A stretch of 60,182 nucleotides of DNA, counting the filler, from Bipalium vagum (lineage: Eukaryota), in the NCBI GenBank assembly GCA_037834085.1. It is 3 parts of 3 records of this genome, joined end to end, with 100 filler letters (N's around TTAATTAATTAA, not from the genome) between each part and the next. Parts side by side here need not be neighbours in the genome. Positions count along the whole stretch, not along the records: positions 1 to 27,927 come from JBBMKC010071922.1; 2 more parts are not named here. One strand, given 5' to 3'. Below, one piece after another: positions 1 to 14,346 of the stretch. How positions within the stretch are numbered: position 1 is the stretch's first letter; each line of letters begins with the position of its first letter. Below the pieces are notes generated by a model, which worked only from the letters and a program-made list of their open reading frames with translations, was not told where the DNA came from and did no database searches. The translations under genes and the position numbers were made by a program.

Positions 1-118
1 GAGGTCATTTTGAAAATTCATTATAAAACTCGTTTCTAATAGTCTATTTGTTATATTAATAAAGGTTTTAGCCAATTAACTTTTCTTATTGTTCCAGTAT
101 GTTTTTTTTATTTTTACA

Positions 119-138
119 CGTACTTATCGGCCACCCTG
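119..138. mobile_element. Right terminal inverted repeat of a Tc1/mariner-type element that extends off the window start
   Basis: CGTACTTATCGGCCACCCTG followed by TA. The reverse complement starts TA|CAGGGTGGCC, a typical Tc1-like end. Confidence 0.5.
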
Positions 139-747
139 TATATTGATCGCATTTGAATGGGAGAATGAGTTTGATTGATTTTATTTTTCATATTTTTACT
201 AACAAAATTTATCTGAGAAAGATAACTTTCACACTAATGACTTTGGTATGTAAAATATAAAATTTAAAATATTGGGGATTTTCGATTGAGTATTACGAAG
301 ATTGTGGCGTACAAAAAGTAAAATAGAATATAAATTAAAAATTCTAATTATTGATTTTTTGAAATTTAATAAAATTCATTATATTTTCTAATAAAAATTC
401 AAAAATATAACGATTGTAAATTCTTTATTTTCATATAAAACGGATCGACACTAATTTGAAAATGTGCGAATGACAACATATCTTCTATAATTTCTATAAC
501 AGTTTCTATAAATAAAACACGCAAACTAAGCGATCGCGCTTTAAATCACATCTGAAGAAATTAATTATGTGCCAATTCATTTTTATTTATCAAATTTTTA
601 ATTATATGTTGTTTTCATTGGTCGCATTTTAAAATATCACTCATCTCTCTAATAACGTCGATATTTTTGTGTGCACTTGGAAATAGTGAATCTTAACGAA
701 AAATTAAAAAATCTTTGAAACTCGTTTTGAAAAGAAACTTCATTTAG

Positions 748-1085
748 GTATGTTCTGCGTATTTGGGTATTCAAGACAACGATCGCCGACTAGCAGATCA
801 TTTCGGTGGAAAATTGCACATCGGATTCATTAATTTAAGGTTGAGACTTGACGCAATTCAGAAATATTTGAATCAGAAATCAGAGATCAGGAGCAACAAA
901 AGGTCTCCGGACCTATCAGATAAAAGACGCGATAATAGGTAATGCAATGACTGTCGACTGATTTTAATCAACTCTTCTCATAACTTTCCATCATTATTAG
1001 GTCGCGCAGCAGAGAACGTAACCGCTGGCACGATAATAATAATAGGTCGAGCAATTCGAGGTCGGTTCGCAGCTCTCATTATTGA
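748..1085 (+). CDS. LUC7: LUC7-like U1 snRNP-associated splicing factor, last two exons (5'-partial)
   Basis: Exons 748-938 and 1001-1085 (62-bp GT-AG intron) give VCSAYLGIQDNDRRLADHFGGKLHIGFINLRLRLDAIQKYLNQKSEIRSNKRSPDLSDKRRDNRSRSRERNRWHDNNNRSSNSRSVRSSHY*. This matches the LUC7L/LUC7L2 second zinc finger motif (VCSAYLGLHDNDRRLADHFGGKLH), followed by an RS-rich tail. Confidence 0.93.
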
Positions 1086-3744
1086 TCTTTCTTTATTGAA
1101 AATAAATATTTTAATTTTACTGTGTATAATATCATCACTTTTTTGGATTCAGTGGAGGATGTGTTTGAATTTAATGTCAATGTTTTGTAATTATAATTAT
1201 TTAATACTTTTTTATTAGTCAATTTTTTCGGTAGCAAATATTCATTGTATATTAATAATACATAAATTTTAGATTTTTTCAATTTTTAATGGAATGCGCA
1301 TGTTTTGATCATTTTAAAAACGGTCTTTGAATAAATTAATTTCTTGAAGTTAAAATTGATTCGTATTATTAAAAGGGACAAAGACGTTTCTAAGTTTGCT
1401 TATTTTTTGTTCAATATTTGATATGGTCTATGATATAAAATAGTTTCTTGTTAATAACAACTAGCTGAATATGGGTATTATTACAATTATGTATTTTACA
1501 AAACAACAATATTTTTACTACATTGTAAATATGAATTCGAATATTATTGTCGGTTTTATCTCGGTTTCAGATATTCAGACAATTTGAAATCACTAATAAT
1601 TTCGAAAAAAGGTTAAATGACATCAACAGTGGATCAGTTGCATTTTGTGTATAACCTAAGAGTTTTTTATAATGTTCAACAATTCTATAGAAATTAAATT
1701 GTTAAAAAATTAATTTTAAATTACTTATGTAACTTTATTTTTAACTAAAACGTATCAAAAGTATCGTGCACAAGTAATCTGCAGTTAATAAAATCAGCAT
1801 AGGAGTTGAATAGCTCAAATTGTTATGGGTGTGTTTGTTGTCTATTTCGGTATAACGTGGATACCAACATTCATTTATATACTACATTATTCTGTCATCA
1901 TTTTAGTGATGGGTAATTTTTCTAATGAACAATGGGACCAAATCATTCAATTTTTGTTTCCTATTATGGCTTTCGTTATTATTAGGAATTGTTCGTATTT
2001 TCAGAGAGAATCATTATTGAATATTTATAATTGTTGTATCAAATTTTTATTTATTGTTTTTATATGAATATTGTTTGATATCACCTATTTTATAATTATT
2101 TTAATTAAATTTGTAATTTTTTTATTTATTATAATATGATTAAGCATTAATTTATGTAAAAAAAGAAACTCGAAACCAATTTTTTAGTACCATAAGTTAT
2201 AAGCTTGTATAGTCATTCTAAATAATATAAGATCAAGGTAATAATAATATATTTCACTAAATCCGATTATTTAAACAAACTATTCAAACATGGACCTCCC
2301 CTTTTTAAAATTATTTACTTTATAAAAGTTTACTAACATTTAAAAAAACCATAACTTAAAATTTTTAAAAACTTTAAATTAAAAACATTTAATAATTGTA
2401 AATTTAGACGTGAGGTCCTTATTTAAAAAAATTCAATCAAGCTAATCAATCAATCAATCGAATTATTCCTTATACCATATTTATTTGATTTTTTTACTAC
2501 CTTTATCTCCATGGACAGATTCTAAAGATTTTATATAGGAGAATATTAATTTCTGAAAATTCAACTAAAATTTAAATCTTCATTTAATCTTAATGGTAAA
2601 AATCGTCCAAGCGGAATTAATTAAAATTTTGTTAAAAATATTTAAAATTTTTTCTAAAAAAAATTTCAGTTAAACACCATTGATATTTTTTATAACAATA
2701 TACCTTCGGTTTTTTCATAATCATGTTGAGTTTTTACATAAAATTCTCAGAAATTTATTGACTAAACATATCGTGGAAATTTTGATTAGTTTTAATATTG
2801 ATTGTATATTTTCTTTTCCTTATTTCTTTCCATCCATTGATATTTTTCATAAATTCGTTTATTTATCAACTTTATCAGTTTTGTAGACATTGGAAAGTTT
2901 CTTGTGATTTTTGACGGCATTAGTTTCGCCGATTTGTATAAAAATTCTATTCACAACGTTTTTTGATTTTGCTGCCAAGTTTGATTTCAGATGCCATTTT
3001 AAAATAAAAGAAATACATTTAAACCAAAATAAATTTTGTTTCATAATGTGTTAATAACCGTTATTTATATTTGCATAATAATTTTTAGTAAAAATAAATA
3101 TTTGCAAACAACCATTACTTTTTGAATGACGTAATGCAATAATTATTTTGTTTCATTCGAGAAAAAATTAAATTCATAAATTATTTTTCTGCAAATAATT
3201 TTTATTGTCAAATCTGAGAAAAATATTAAAAAAAATAAAAATTTTTAAAAAAAAACTTATCTCTTTTCAGTGATATGAAATTTAAATAAGAACGAAATAA
3301 ATGTGTTCAGACCTAATTATGAATAATTAAAACAAATTCATTTCTCTGTATCAATTTTCAATTATAATTCTTTATTTCAACATTAAATACCCACAGAATG
3401 TATTAAAATATTTATTATTTGTAAACATTGGTTTTAATTGGTTGAGTATGTTTGTCGAGATAAAAAATAAATAAATGTTTGTCGAGATAAAAAAAGTTAA
3501 TTTTGTTTTCCTTTAAAAATAAGGAGTTCTTTTTGTAACATAAACTTCTCACGAATTTTTATTATTGAGTTTTAATATCTGCTTGGTGATCTGCAAGGTG
3601 GAATAGACAAATTTACAGAGTTTACAAAATAAATAGACTCAGCAAAGTAGTGAACTCTTAACAGACCATTATTTTCAATGTTGAAAGGCATTGCTGAATT
3701 ACAAATATGAACATAGTTTGTTGATTTTAATCCTTTTGATTAAC

Positions 3745-6700
3745 ATGGCTGTCAACTGTTGTCAATGTCTATCTGGCGCTAATCAAAGTGTCAATTTAAA
3801 CGAAACGGGAGACTTGGGGAATTACATATGGCAACAGGAAATAGCTCAAAGAAAAAATCCAATGTACAAATTTCTCAATCTTCAGGGTGGAGGTACATTG
3901 ATCGATGATCTTAGAAATAAAGGTGAAGCACACGTGGTTCAAGTTATAACTTGTGAACTTTCGGATTTCATGTATAAAAAAGGGGCTGGAGCGTTTGTTT
4001 CAACTATGCATATTTTAAGTTATTCAATTTCTAAATATGCTGATTATTCTTTAAGCAGTAAGTCTGATAAGGTAATTTATTATTTATCTCAATAATAAAT
4101 CTTATTATTTATTATTTAATATTTTGAAAATTTGATGATTTTTGAACTGATCTCTCTAAGTATTTTTTGTATTCATTTAAGAATAGGATTATTTTATTTT
4201 AAAACAAATCCAACATAGTCACTTCCATAAACACGAAAATATAAAATAATAGAATTTTCGTTGTTATTAAAACAAAATTATTTACTGTCTTAGTTATCTT
4301 TTAATTGGTAAATTAGCAATTCATTTTTATTATGGGTATGCATAAGCTTACATCTTTGATATATTTGTGAAATTTTAAATATTATTATAACATTTACGTT
4401 TTGCTTGGAAACATATTTGTTTAAGTAAGTCATTATTGATTATATTGATATGTCTGTCATCATAATTTATTTAAATTAAGTGACTTATTTTCAGCAATAA
4501 TTATGGAAGTTGATAAAATACATATTCGTCACTGCATATTGCTCATTTTCAATCAATGCAAAACATCTGCAAGGAAACAGGATTAATAAGCAAAACCTGT
4601 GATGATGGAAAAATAACCGAGAGCTCATGTCGCGAATGATTCAGATGGTTTAGAAGCGGTGATATTGATTTAAAGGAAGAAGAGCGAGTTGGTCGACCTC
4701 AAGAAATGAGTTTGGACAAGTTGAAAGCGCTTTTGAAAGAATATTCGACTCAATCGAGTGTAGAGCTAGTGAGAAGGTTGAATATTAATCAGACTAATGT
4801 ATTTCGGTAGTTGGATCAGATGGGGAATAATTCCTGAATGAAGAAACATGAATTCCTCATGAATTATTGGAGAACAACGTGATTCACCACTTGTCTTTTA
4901 CTTAGAATTTTGACCTGAAAGGAAATGTGAATATATTATTATAATCCCAATAGCAAAAGATCTTTGGTAAATTCTGGAGAACCGATACATTAAGTATTTT
5001 ACTAAAAGTTTACATGTTTATACTGCAATATCTTATGGTTATTTGTTTTAATTGTTTAGTTGGGTTAGTGTAAAATTGGAACACGTTTTAAATCTGATAT
5101 CCATTTTTTTGTTAAATAATGGATTCAACTTAGAGTTTCGTGCTGTAATTAAATACTTACTTAAACAAAATAAGAGTGGGAAGGAAATAGTTGATGAATG
5201 GAGTCAAGTTTTTCAAAAATGAAAATCCATCAAAAAGCTTCATTTACAAATGGAATTCCGTCGAGGAAGGATTTTCTCACCAGACAAACAAAGGTAAATT
5301 CTGTCTATTATGTTGATCTTCTTAAACAAGGTCGTGCACGAAGTTTGAAGCAACACGGGTTTCTTTATTGGTTTCTGCATAAAAATGTTTCAATTCAAAT
5401 ACCCCAACGAAGTCAAGAAGCTCTTCAAATTTGAATATTATTCAACTCAATTATCCATCATACAATCGTGTATAGTCACGAATTGGTGTCATTAGATTTT
5501 TTCTTATTTCGTCACCTTAAAAAGAATTTAAGTGGAAAACTTTTAAACAATCAACATGAGCTAAAAGCCACGTTGAAGAATATTTTAATTCAATGTCGCA
5601 AGCTCAGTTTCAAGAAGTTTTTCACTAGCACTCGGAGGGCAAAAATGCATTTACAATCAAGGTTATATAGAAAAATAATCAAGGACATAAATTTTCTTGT
5701 TTCATACTAAACTTGTATTAAAAAAATTTGGTTGAATTATTCCAGCCTTTTCTTAAATAGTTCATGAGGTTTTGGGTCGCACCACGTATTATTAAATGTA
5801 TATTTTTGAATAAATAAAATTTTATAAATAAATATATTAAATAGATGCTTTGATTGTCACTTTTAATTATAATTGGGGTACTTTTTGAAGTGTTTATTTT
5901 TAATCTACATAATAATAATAATAATAAAAAAAATAATAATAATCATAATACTAAAAAAATCTAAAAAGCGATTTGATTTTGAAAAACTTTAAAAATCAAT
6001 AAATATTAAAAAAAAGGTAATTTTATTTTATTTTAAGTTTAAAACATCTCCACCCGACAAAAAGAAAATCGAAGAATTAAAACAAACAGTTCAAAGCAGT
6101 TTTAAGGGCCAAACTGAATTTGTGTGTTGGGAAATTATCCGACGTGGCATTTTGGGAGAAAATCTTCTTCATATATGCTTGATGTTCAATACTGAAGAGC
6201 ATTCGAAAATAGCCAAATTATTATTAAATGTATACCCGAACTTGTGCAAAGACTATTTCATTGGAAGTCGATATTTTGGTAAAGTGAAATTAATATTTTA
6301 ATCTCAAAACGTTAAAGTGCCTTGAAATATTTTTAATAGTGAAGAACTTTGTAGGTTTGTATGATATATTAGTTTAATAAACCCTAATTGTCGTGTACAA
6401 GGAGATTACCTTCTTTTAAGCAAAATAAAAGGTATTTTTATACCTAAATGTGTTTTATGATTATAATTATCAATGATAAAATAATTTTAAATGGTCAAAA
6501 AGAGTGAATATTAAAATTTTCTAAGTAATAATAAATAAATAATCTTTTTATATACATTCAGATCTTCCAAACTATTGATTGTTACTAAAGGTTCAATTAC
6601 CAAGGCTTGCTCTAAAATTTCTTAAACATTTAAAATTTTTAAACATTAATAAAGTATTCTTTTTTATTTTAAAATTTTATTTGTCAAATTTAGAGAGTAA

Positions 6701-9700
6701 CACGTACAAATGTATTTTTTAAAATATTTAACTTGAAATATGTTACTTGGAATTTGATTTACTTTTCATTTTTTTAACTTAATTTAATTTACATTGCTTT
6801 TAATAAAATTTTTGGATCAATTTAACATGACATTATCATTTTTAACTTGATACTACATTTTTAAAAAATGTGGTGTCATATTTAATTGATTACATTAGGT
6901 AGTGTCAGTTTTATTTGTTGGTTGTTGTAGTACCGAATTAAATTGATCCAAAGTTTTTTTTTTATAGAAAATAATATTATTAAAATTTTATAAAATAGAG
7001 TTTTTATTTTTTTTAAATTATTTAAATTATTTTATAAAGATATTTATTGAAATAAAATAAATTTTTATGTATTCGTTTCATTTAGAAAATGAAGAGAGGA
7101 ATAATTAATTAACTATTTAGAAATAAGTTAAATTCTTACATCTAATATAAACTGATTAAATTTTTATAGGCCAGACTCCTCTTCATATGGCTATAGTAAA
7201 TGGAAATAAGGAACTTGTACAATTCCTGGTGCAGATAGGATCACCTTTAACTATAAGGGCTCGAGGAACCTTTTTTCTCCAACAGTTTGGAATATGGTTA
7301 GATATAGAAAGTAAACCAAATAAGCCAAACTTGAAAAAACTTGGTTATAATAAGTTGTGAATAAGTTCAATTTTTATTCATTAAATTTTAGATACACTAT
7401 TTTACGGAGAGTACCCTGTTTCATTTGCTGCATCAATGGGTGATCAGGAATCATATGATTGTTTGTTGGAAAAAGGTGCGAGTCCAAATGTCCAGGATAC
7501 TTTTGGAAATACGGTTCTTCATATAGTTGTTATCAATAACAAAACAGTATTGAATTATTTAATAATATTTGTTAAATAAATATAAAATTAAAATATAAAT
7601 AATATACTACTTATTAAACAAATTTTTTTATCTATGATTTCTTTTTGCAATTTCATTTAAAACTTTTTAAGCCTGACTAAAGAACTCAATTCCTAAGGTA
7701 ATTGCCAGAAGACTTTCGAAATAACCCTCTACAACTGCTCTAAATTTTTGAGGTTTTAGAATAGATGGAAATCTGAAAGAATCAGATATGGTGAATATGA
7801 TGAATGTTCCTATAATGTGTAACATAAGATCTTCCAATTTGAATTGGAGGAAGCACTTTTGTGAGTCAGTGAATTAACCTGGTGAAAAAGAATTGTTACA
7901 TTTGTAATCCGGGTCTTTTAACATAGGTCATTTTATTCAACTAGACGAAGATAAGTTAGTTTATCAGAGTTCAATTATCGTTCTGAAAATAATCAGTTAA
8001 AATTCCCTTCACATCCCAAAAGATTGATATCAATACCTCATGGACTTTACCCACAGGGATCACTTTGAACATTGAATCAAGTTTTTAAATATCAATTAGA
8101 ACATCTTTATTTATTAAAAAGATCTGAAATATTTAATTAAAAAAATTTTTTTTCCTGTCCAAAGATTGATCAGGGAAGAAAGTTACAGTTTCAATTATTT
8201 TATTATTTTTAGTAAGATTAAGTTTAAGTTTGCTTTAAAAAAAATAAATTAAAAACATAAGCCTTTACAGATAATCAGATGCGTGACAATATTAGGGTTC
8301 AAAGGAAAGTAGTAACAGTCCTGCGACTGTAAGAGCAATGTCTTATAGATATGGACAGAGTATCCCACCAAAGAAGGCAGTGAGAATACTTTAAAAAAAG
8401 GAGTACCTATATAAATATAATAAGATAATAATAAAAACATTTTAATAATATTATTTCTATTGGTATGCGAATAATGGCATTTTGAATTTCAGGAAATGTA
8501 CCGAATTGCATTATACCATTACAAATGTCCAGCAGATTCCTCAGTAATGAATTATGATAAACTAACACCTCTTGCTTTAGCTGCAAGTTTGGGTCACCAA
8601 AAGGCTTTTAATGAAATCATTAATCTCAATACCCTTGTTAGTATTTTTTTACATATATTATTATTATAAACAATGAATAAAAAATGAACACTTAGACAGT
8701 TTATGAACACTTTAAGAAAAATATTTATTTTTCATAATAATAGAGTAAATACCGTGTGCCCATAAAGTCTGGAAAGATGTGAATTTGATGCAGAAATGTT
8801 AAGCTGCATAAAAACTTTTAATTTTATAGTACAAATAAAATTAGACAAAAGGAATATTAATTAAACACAGAAAAAAGATTATATGAAGGGTTCACATATA
8901 TTGCTATTTACATTTTCGAAGAATTCTAATCTTGTGTATAAATACGAAACAGCTGCTAAAATATATTCACTGATCAAGATACACAAAAACTGATAATTCC
9001 TTTTCTCAAAGCAGCTAGAAATGATGATTTTTAAGGATTACCAAAAAGTTTTCTTTTGAGCCAACCTCAAAACAAATAATCATTGTGGCTTAGATCTGGA
9101 ATTCGAGGTGGAAACGGAATATTCAATCCTAGACCAATTATACATATTGGAAATAGTTTTTTTGGAAAATCTTGGACAGTTACACCTCAATGTGAAGACG
9201 CTCAATCTTGATGGAATATTGTTCTTCTTAAAGCAAGTTTTTGTTTAAGTTCAAGGATAGCATGGTTTATAAAATTTCCTTATAACGGATTCCATTCACT
9301 GTTCCTTCAAAGAAAAATAGTGTAAAAAATTTGCAATTGAAACTCATTCGGTAAATGTAAAGGCTGAATTTGCACGATTCAAGTGAAATATTGAATTCAT
9401 GTGTGGTCACTGATTTAATTTTGTTCCATCAACCAAATTGCAAACTGAAAGCGCTTAACTTCATGACCACCATACAAAGTTTGACGTAAACAGATTTTAT
9501 ATGGCCAAACCTTTAAATTCCTCGTTAAAATGTTGTGCACAGATGAATTTTCCACATTCATTTTTCTTGAAATTTGAGGAACGGAAGTTAGACAAAAAAA
9601 TTTTCAAGAACTACTTCAATGGCATTCATATTCTTATTTGATTCTATAGACTACCGACCATTTCATTAATTTGTGCACTGTTGACACAGTAAATGTATGT

Positions 9701-12700
9701 TTTACTAACTTGTGATGTCTATTGTATTCTCTTATGACATTGTATCCTGTATGACATTTTCAAGAAAAATGTACCATTTAAAAATGTCTTTCATCTTTAT
9801 ATTCGTAATCTAAAATAAGAAAACTCTTTTTGAAAATTTGTCCTTGAACATAACTGACAAAGCAACACAAATAAAAATTAAACTTAAAAAAATAATTGAT
9901 CAAATTATTCACGATATAAAAAAACAGAATATTATACATAAAATAATAATAGTAATAATTATAATTATAATATATTTTTATTTTTTAATAATAGAAATTA
10001 CGAAATTTATATATAAAATATTAACAAGAATATATAAAACAAACATTCATTCTTTAAAAATTTTTATATTTAATGTTTTATTGCTGATATGTATTGCAAA
10101 CTAACCATGAAGAAAAGCAACAACATTGATTTATTTCAAATCAAAGATATGGATATCATTGTCATCGCATAGGTTTAGCTGTTTGACTCGGCTTTGGACA
10201 TGAATTTTTTCCAAATATTATAGATGTTAGTGCTCGTGTGATAAATGATTTTCCCATAATCTTATTGACTACAACTCAATTGCGATTATCTCAAAAAGAT
10301 TGAGCCGATTAGCCAAATTCAACTTTTGATGAGAAAGTTTCACTTAAGGCTGTGTATTTAGAAAAATATTATTAATTATGATTCCGTGATTTTGAATTAT
10401 ATATAATTATACCAAATAATACATTTTATTTACAAATAAAAATGAGAATCAATCCATAATATGATTTCCACTATTATTTAGGATCTTCTGTATCTTTCCA
10501 CAAGTTTGTCGAAACATCTAGTCAGAAAGAAAGTCAGCCAAAGCAAAAGGTTTATTGATTAAAATAAAAACCAGTAGAGTTTACATATTTTTGTCAACGA
10601 AATGGTAGACTTTCCATATCTATGCGATGGAATTCGGTAGACTTAGAGGCAATGAGCTGTTCAAATTCCATTTTTATCAACTTTCTGATCAGAAATCTTT
10701 TTCCATTCAAATAATTTTGTAAATCTTTGAATAAATGGAAATAAGTTGGCGGAAGATTGGGTGAAAACGGTGGATGTGGCAGAATTTCATAATGTATGCT
10801 TTGCAGCTTACCCATAGTTTGCTTTCCTATGTGAGGACGGGCATTGTCATTTAATAGATTTGGACCTTTTCTATTGGTACATTTTTTTCAACTTTTCTTG
10901 AATATCAATTTCTAAGCAGTAAATCTCTAACATTATCATTTCTCCCTTTTCCAGGTAATCGTAATGAATCACTCCTTCTGAACACCACCCTACCGTTATC
11001 ACAATCTTTTTCTGTTTGGAAAGGACTTGGAACACACTGTGCTGAACGTTTAATATTGTTATATAATAACCATTCTTCATCACAAGTAATCAGACAATGA
11101 AGAAATGGCTCGTTTTTCATCCTCAAAATGAGTTCTGAGCATATCTCATAGCGCTTCACTTGTTTTTATGGTTAGCTCATATAGCAGCTTCTTTTTCTTA
11201 CCTATTTGCTTAATATCACTGCAAACGGTTCCAATACTGACATATAGACTTTTGGTAAGTTTTATTTTTGTTGATCGCATATCCTCTTCCACCAAAGCCC
11301 TTAAGTCCTAGTCATCAAGTTTGGAAGGATGGCAAATTCGTTTCGTATCTTCAAAGGATAAATCACTATTACGAAACTTTTGGTACCAACGTCGTTTTTT
11401 TTTGATCAGTTTCAACTGCTTTTGCACCGAGTTTAAAATAAATTTGGCTCAAATTTAAACATGACATCCTACATTAAAATGGAAAAAGGCGGTAAAATTT
11501 TAATTTAAAATCAAAACAGATTAATACATATATATATAATATAATAAACTCATATATAGCAATATATATGCCTTTAAATGCTATATAATATTAAATAATC
11601 TTAAAATAAGTTATTTGAATTATTTACAATTTTAATGTATATAAACAAAAACCTTGCAAAACATCCTGGACAACCTAATAAAATCGTCGAGATTGACTAA
11701 TATACATATAAAATGTTGATAATATATAATTAATTATTAATAATTTAAAATAATTAAAAGAAAGTTTAAACAAAGAAAGGAAAGTGTTCCATCTTTGATT
11801 TAATTGTTTGTGATTACCATGTTATCATTTGAATTCTTGAATTGCGACACATATTATCAATTAAGTCTTAGGAAGTCATAGAAGTCAGAAAAAAATGAAT
11901 CTGAAGATAGATTTAGTTCAATAAACTTGATTCTAAATCGGTTCTAAAAAAAACAATATAATATAAAAAAGATTTAAAGAACTTTCAAACATTTATTTAG
12001 TGATAATTATCTAATAAAGCACAATTTTTTTATAAATCCCTCATAATATTATTTAATAATATTATCATAAAAATGTTATTTTAATTGAACTCCAAAGAAC
12101 GTTCAATAAAAGAAAAATATTTTCAAAATAATTATTTTATATTTCCTTAATTTTATCATTAAATTAGTTTGCAGCGTACAAAAACAATACTAAAAAGAAA
12201 ATGTGACAAGTTAGAATTTATAATGAGAACTGTCAAATTAATCTGCACTTTCTCAACGAATTATGAAAATAATTAAAATATTATTTATGAATATAAAATT
12301 GATTGAAATTTTTTTTATTAAAAATGGAATATTTGAAAAATTTCAGGTTTATTTTATCTTAACTTAATAAAAAAAATTTTCAAAGAATATTAATAATTTT
12401 TCGTGTGATCCAAAATCAATGGGAGAAAACTTTGAAATGACAAAATTGAGCCTATAATAAACCATATAATAATAAAAATAATAAAAAGTATGATGAATAT
12501 GTATATATTGTTTTAGAAATATTTTAAAAAGTTTAGGTGTTTTGGAAACATAGTAATATTGAGTGCAGAGTGTATCCCTTGACTGGTCTAGATAGCATTG
12601 ATGCTGATGGAACGGTGGATTGGAATTCTACTTTAATGAGGGTTGTTGATGCTCAATCAGAACAACATTTGGCAATGTTGGAAGAAGGAATCATATGCCA

Positions 12701-14307
12701 ATTGCTTCATCATAAATGGAACTTGTACATAAAAGTATGGTTCAGATAAAGACAAAATTTATTTTATTATTATTTTAGAAAAAATTCTTGATAAAACTAG
12801 GACTATATATTGTTCAGTTAATTCTGGCTAGTATTGCCTTATATCTCCGTAATAGTGGTAGTAATGAAGATTTTGCAAATACATATATTTATTTAAAAGT
12901 AGGAATATAGAAATTGCAATTTGTTTAATGTCTTAAATATTTTGCAGGATAACAAAACCATTGTAAGATATATAGCAGAGGGTCTCTTCAGCCTGTTATC
13001 AATGTCATCTGTATTTTATTATGTTACCCAGATATTTAAGCAACGGTTCAGGAATTACATAAAAGGCTTGGTAATACATTGTAGAAATTCATTAACATAA
13101 TAAATATTATCTGTACAAATAAATAATCCAAATTTAACTTCCTTCAAAATTTATTTTATTAAAAGTGATACAAATTTATCAATCAAAGTAATCACCATTG
13201 GTATGGATAATTTTAAGCCATCTTGCAGGCAGCTGATGAATTCCATCTTGAAAATATTCTGGCTGTTTGGAAGCCAAGAATTTCTCTAGCCTTTTTCGTA
13301 TGGCATCCACTGACATAAAATGATAATCAAGATTTCCAAGCCAGGTTTCATTATAGTGTCTTTAGTCTTTAAAGCTATATGTGGCCTAGGGTTGTCATGC
13401 AACAATATCACAGATCGTTTTCCTTTCCAGACTAAACGAGCATTTTAACTCCAAATGTTGACTCATCCAGATTAATTGGTCTTTGTAGCGATTGGCAGTA
13501 ACTATTTCACAGACTTCCAACAGCTTATAGTACATCAGTGATATATAATACGACTCCCTTAATATCTCACCAAATGAAGAGCATTATTTTTCAAAACGAT
13601 TTGACTTTGCAATATATGTTGATGGTTTTCCAGAATACACGTTTTTTATGTTTCGGGTAATCATAATTAATCCATTTCTCGGCCCTGTTATGACTTTCCA
13701 TAAAAACGACTTTCGACGCTGTCTATTAAGGAGAAAAAAATATGTTACAATTCTTTGATTTTTATTGGAATGAGTGAGTTCATGTGGGATTCATTTTCCT
13801 TCTTCATGGATCTTACAAGCTCATGTAGGTGGATAAGAACTGTTTGTTGAGTGACTCCCAATTGGTTAGAAAGTTCCTTCTGTGACACTGCTGAACTAAC
13901 ACACAGTAATTGTTCCAAATCATCCATGGTGAATTTTCTAGGAACACTAGGACGTTGTCGTCTGTAAGGCTGAAATCACCGCTTTCAAAGCTTCTGAACC
14001 ACGAAATCTTTGCCAAAAAGAGAAAAAATAGATTTGCATGCTGTTGTTGCACTTTTCTCTTGCTGAAATTCGTAAAGAATGCAGTGGCAAAGATGTACCT
14101 GTTTTATATATAACAAAATTATATATTATAATTACATTGTCTGTTCCCATGTTAGACACTATTTGACCGAATTTTTTTGAAAATTCTGATTGATATTTTT
14201 GAAAATGTAACGTCATTAATAATTGATTTAATTAATTGAAATATTAAAACAACTGTATTAGTTACGAATATATAAAATAATTAAAGATTTGGATTATTTA
14301 TTTGTGC

Positions 14308-14346
<39 letters not shown>

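Noticed and set aside
3691-3744. Signal-peptide-like N-terminal extension in the ORF track
   Set aside because: It depends on a TTG start. The first ATG is at 3745, and TRPV channels have cytosolic N-termini.
9838-10104. Ile/Lys-rich and other short AT-rich ORFs in the track
   Set aside because: They are low-complexity chance ORFs or antisense shadows of exons and transposases.
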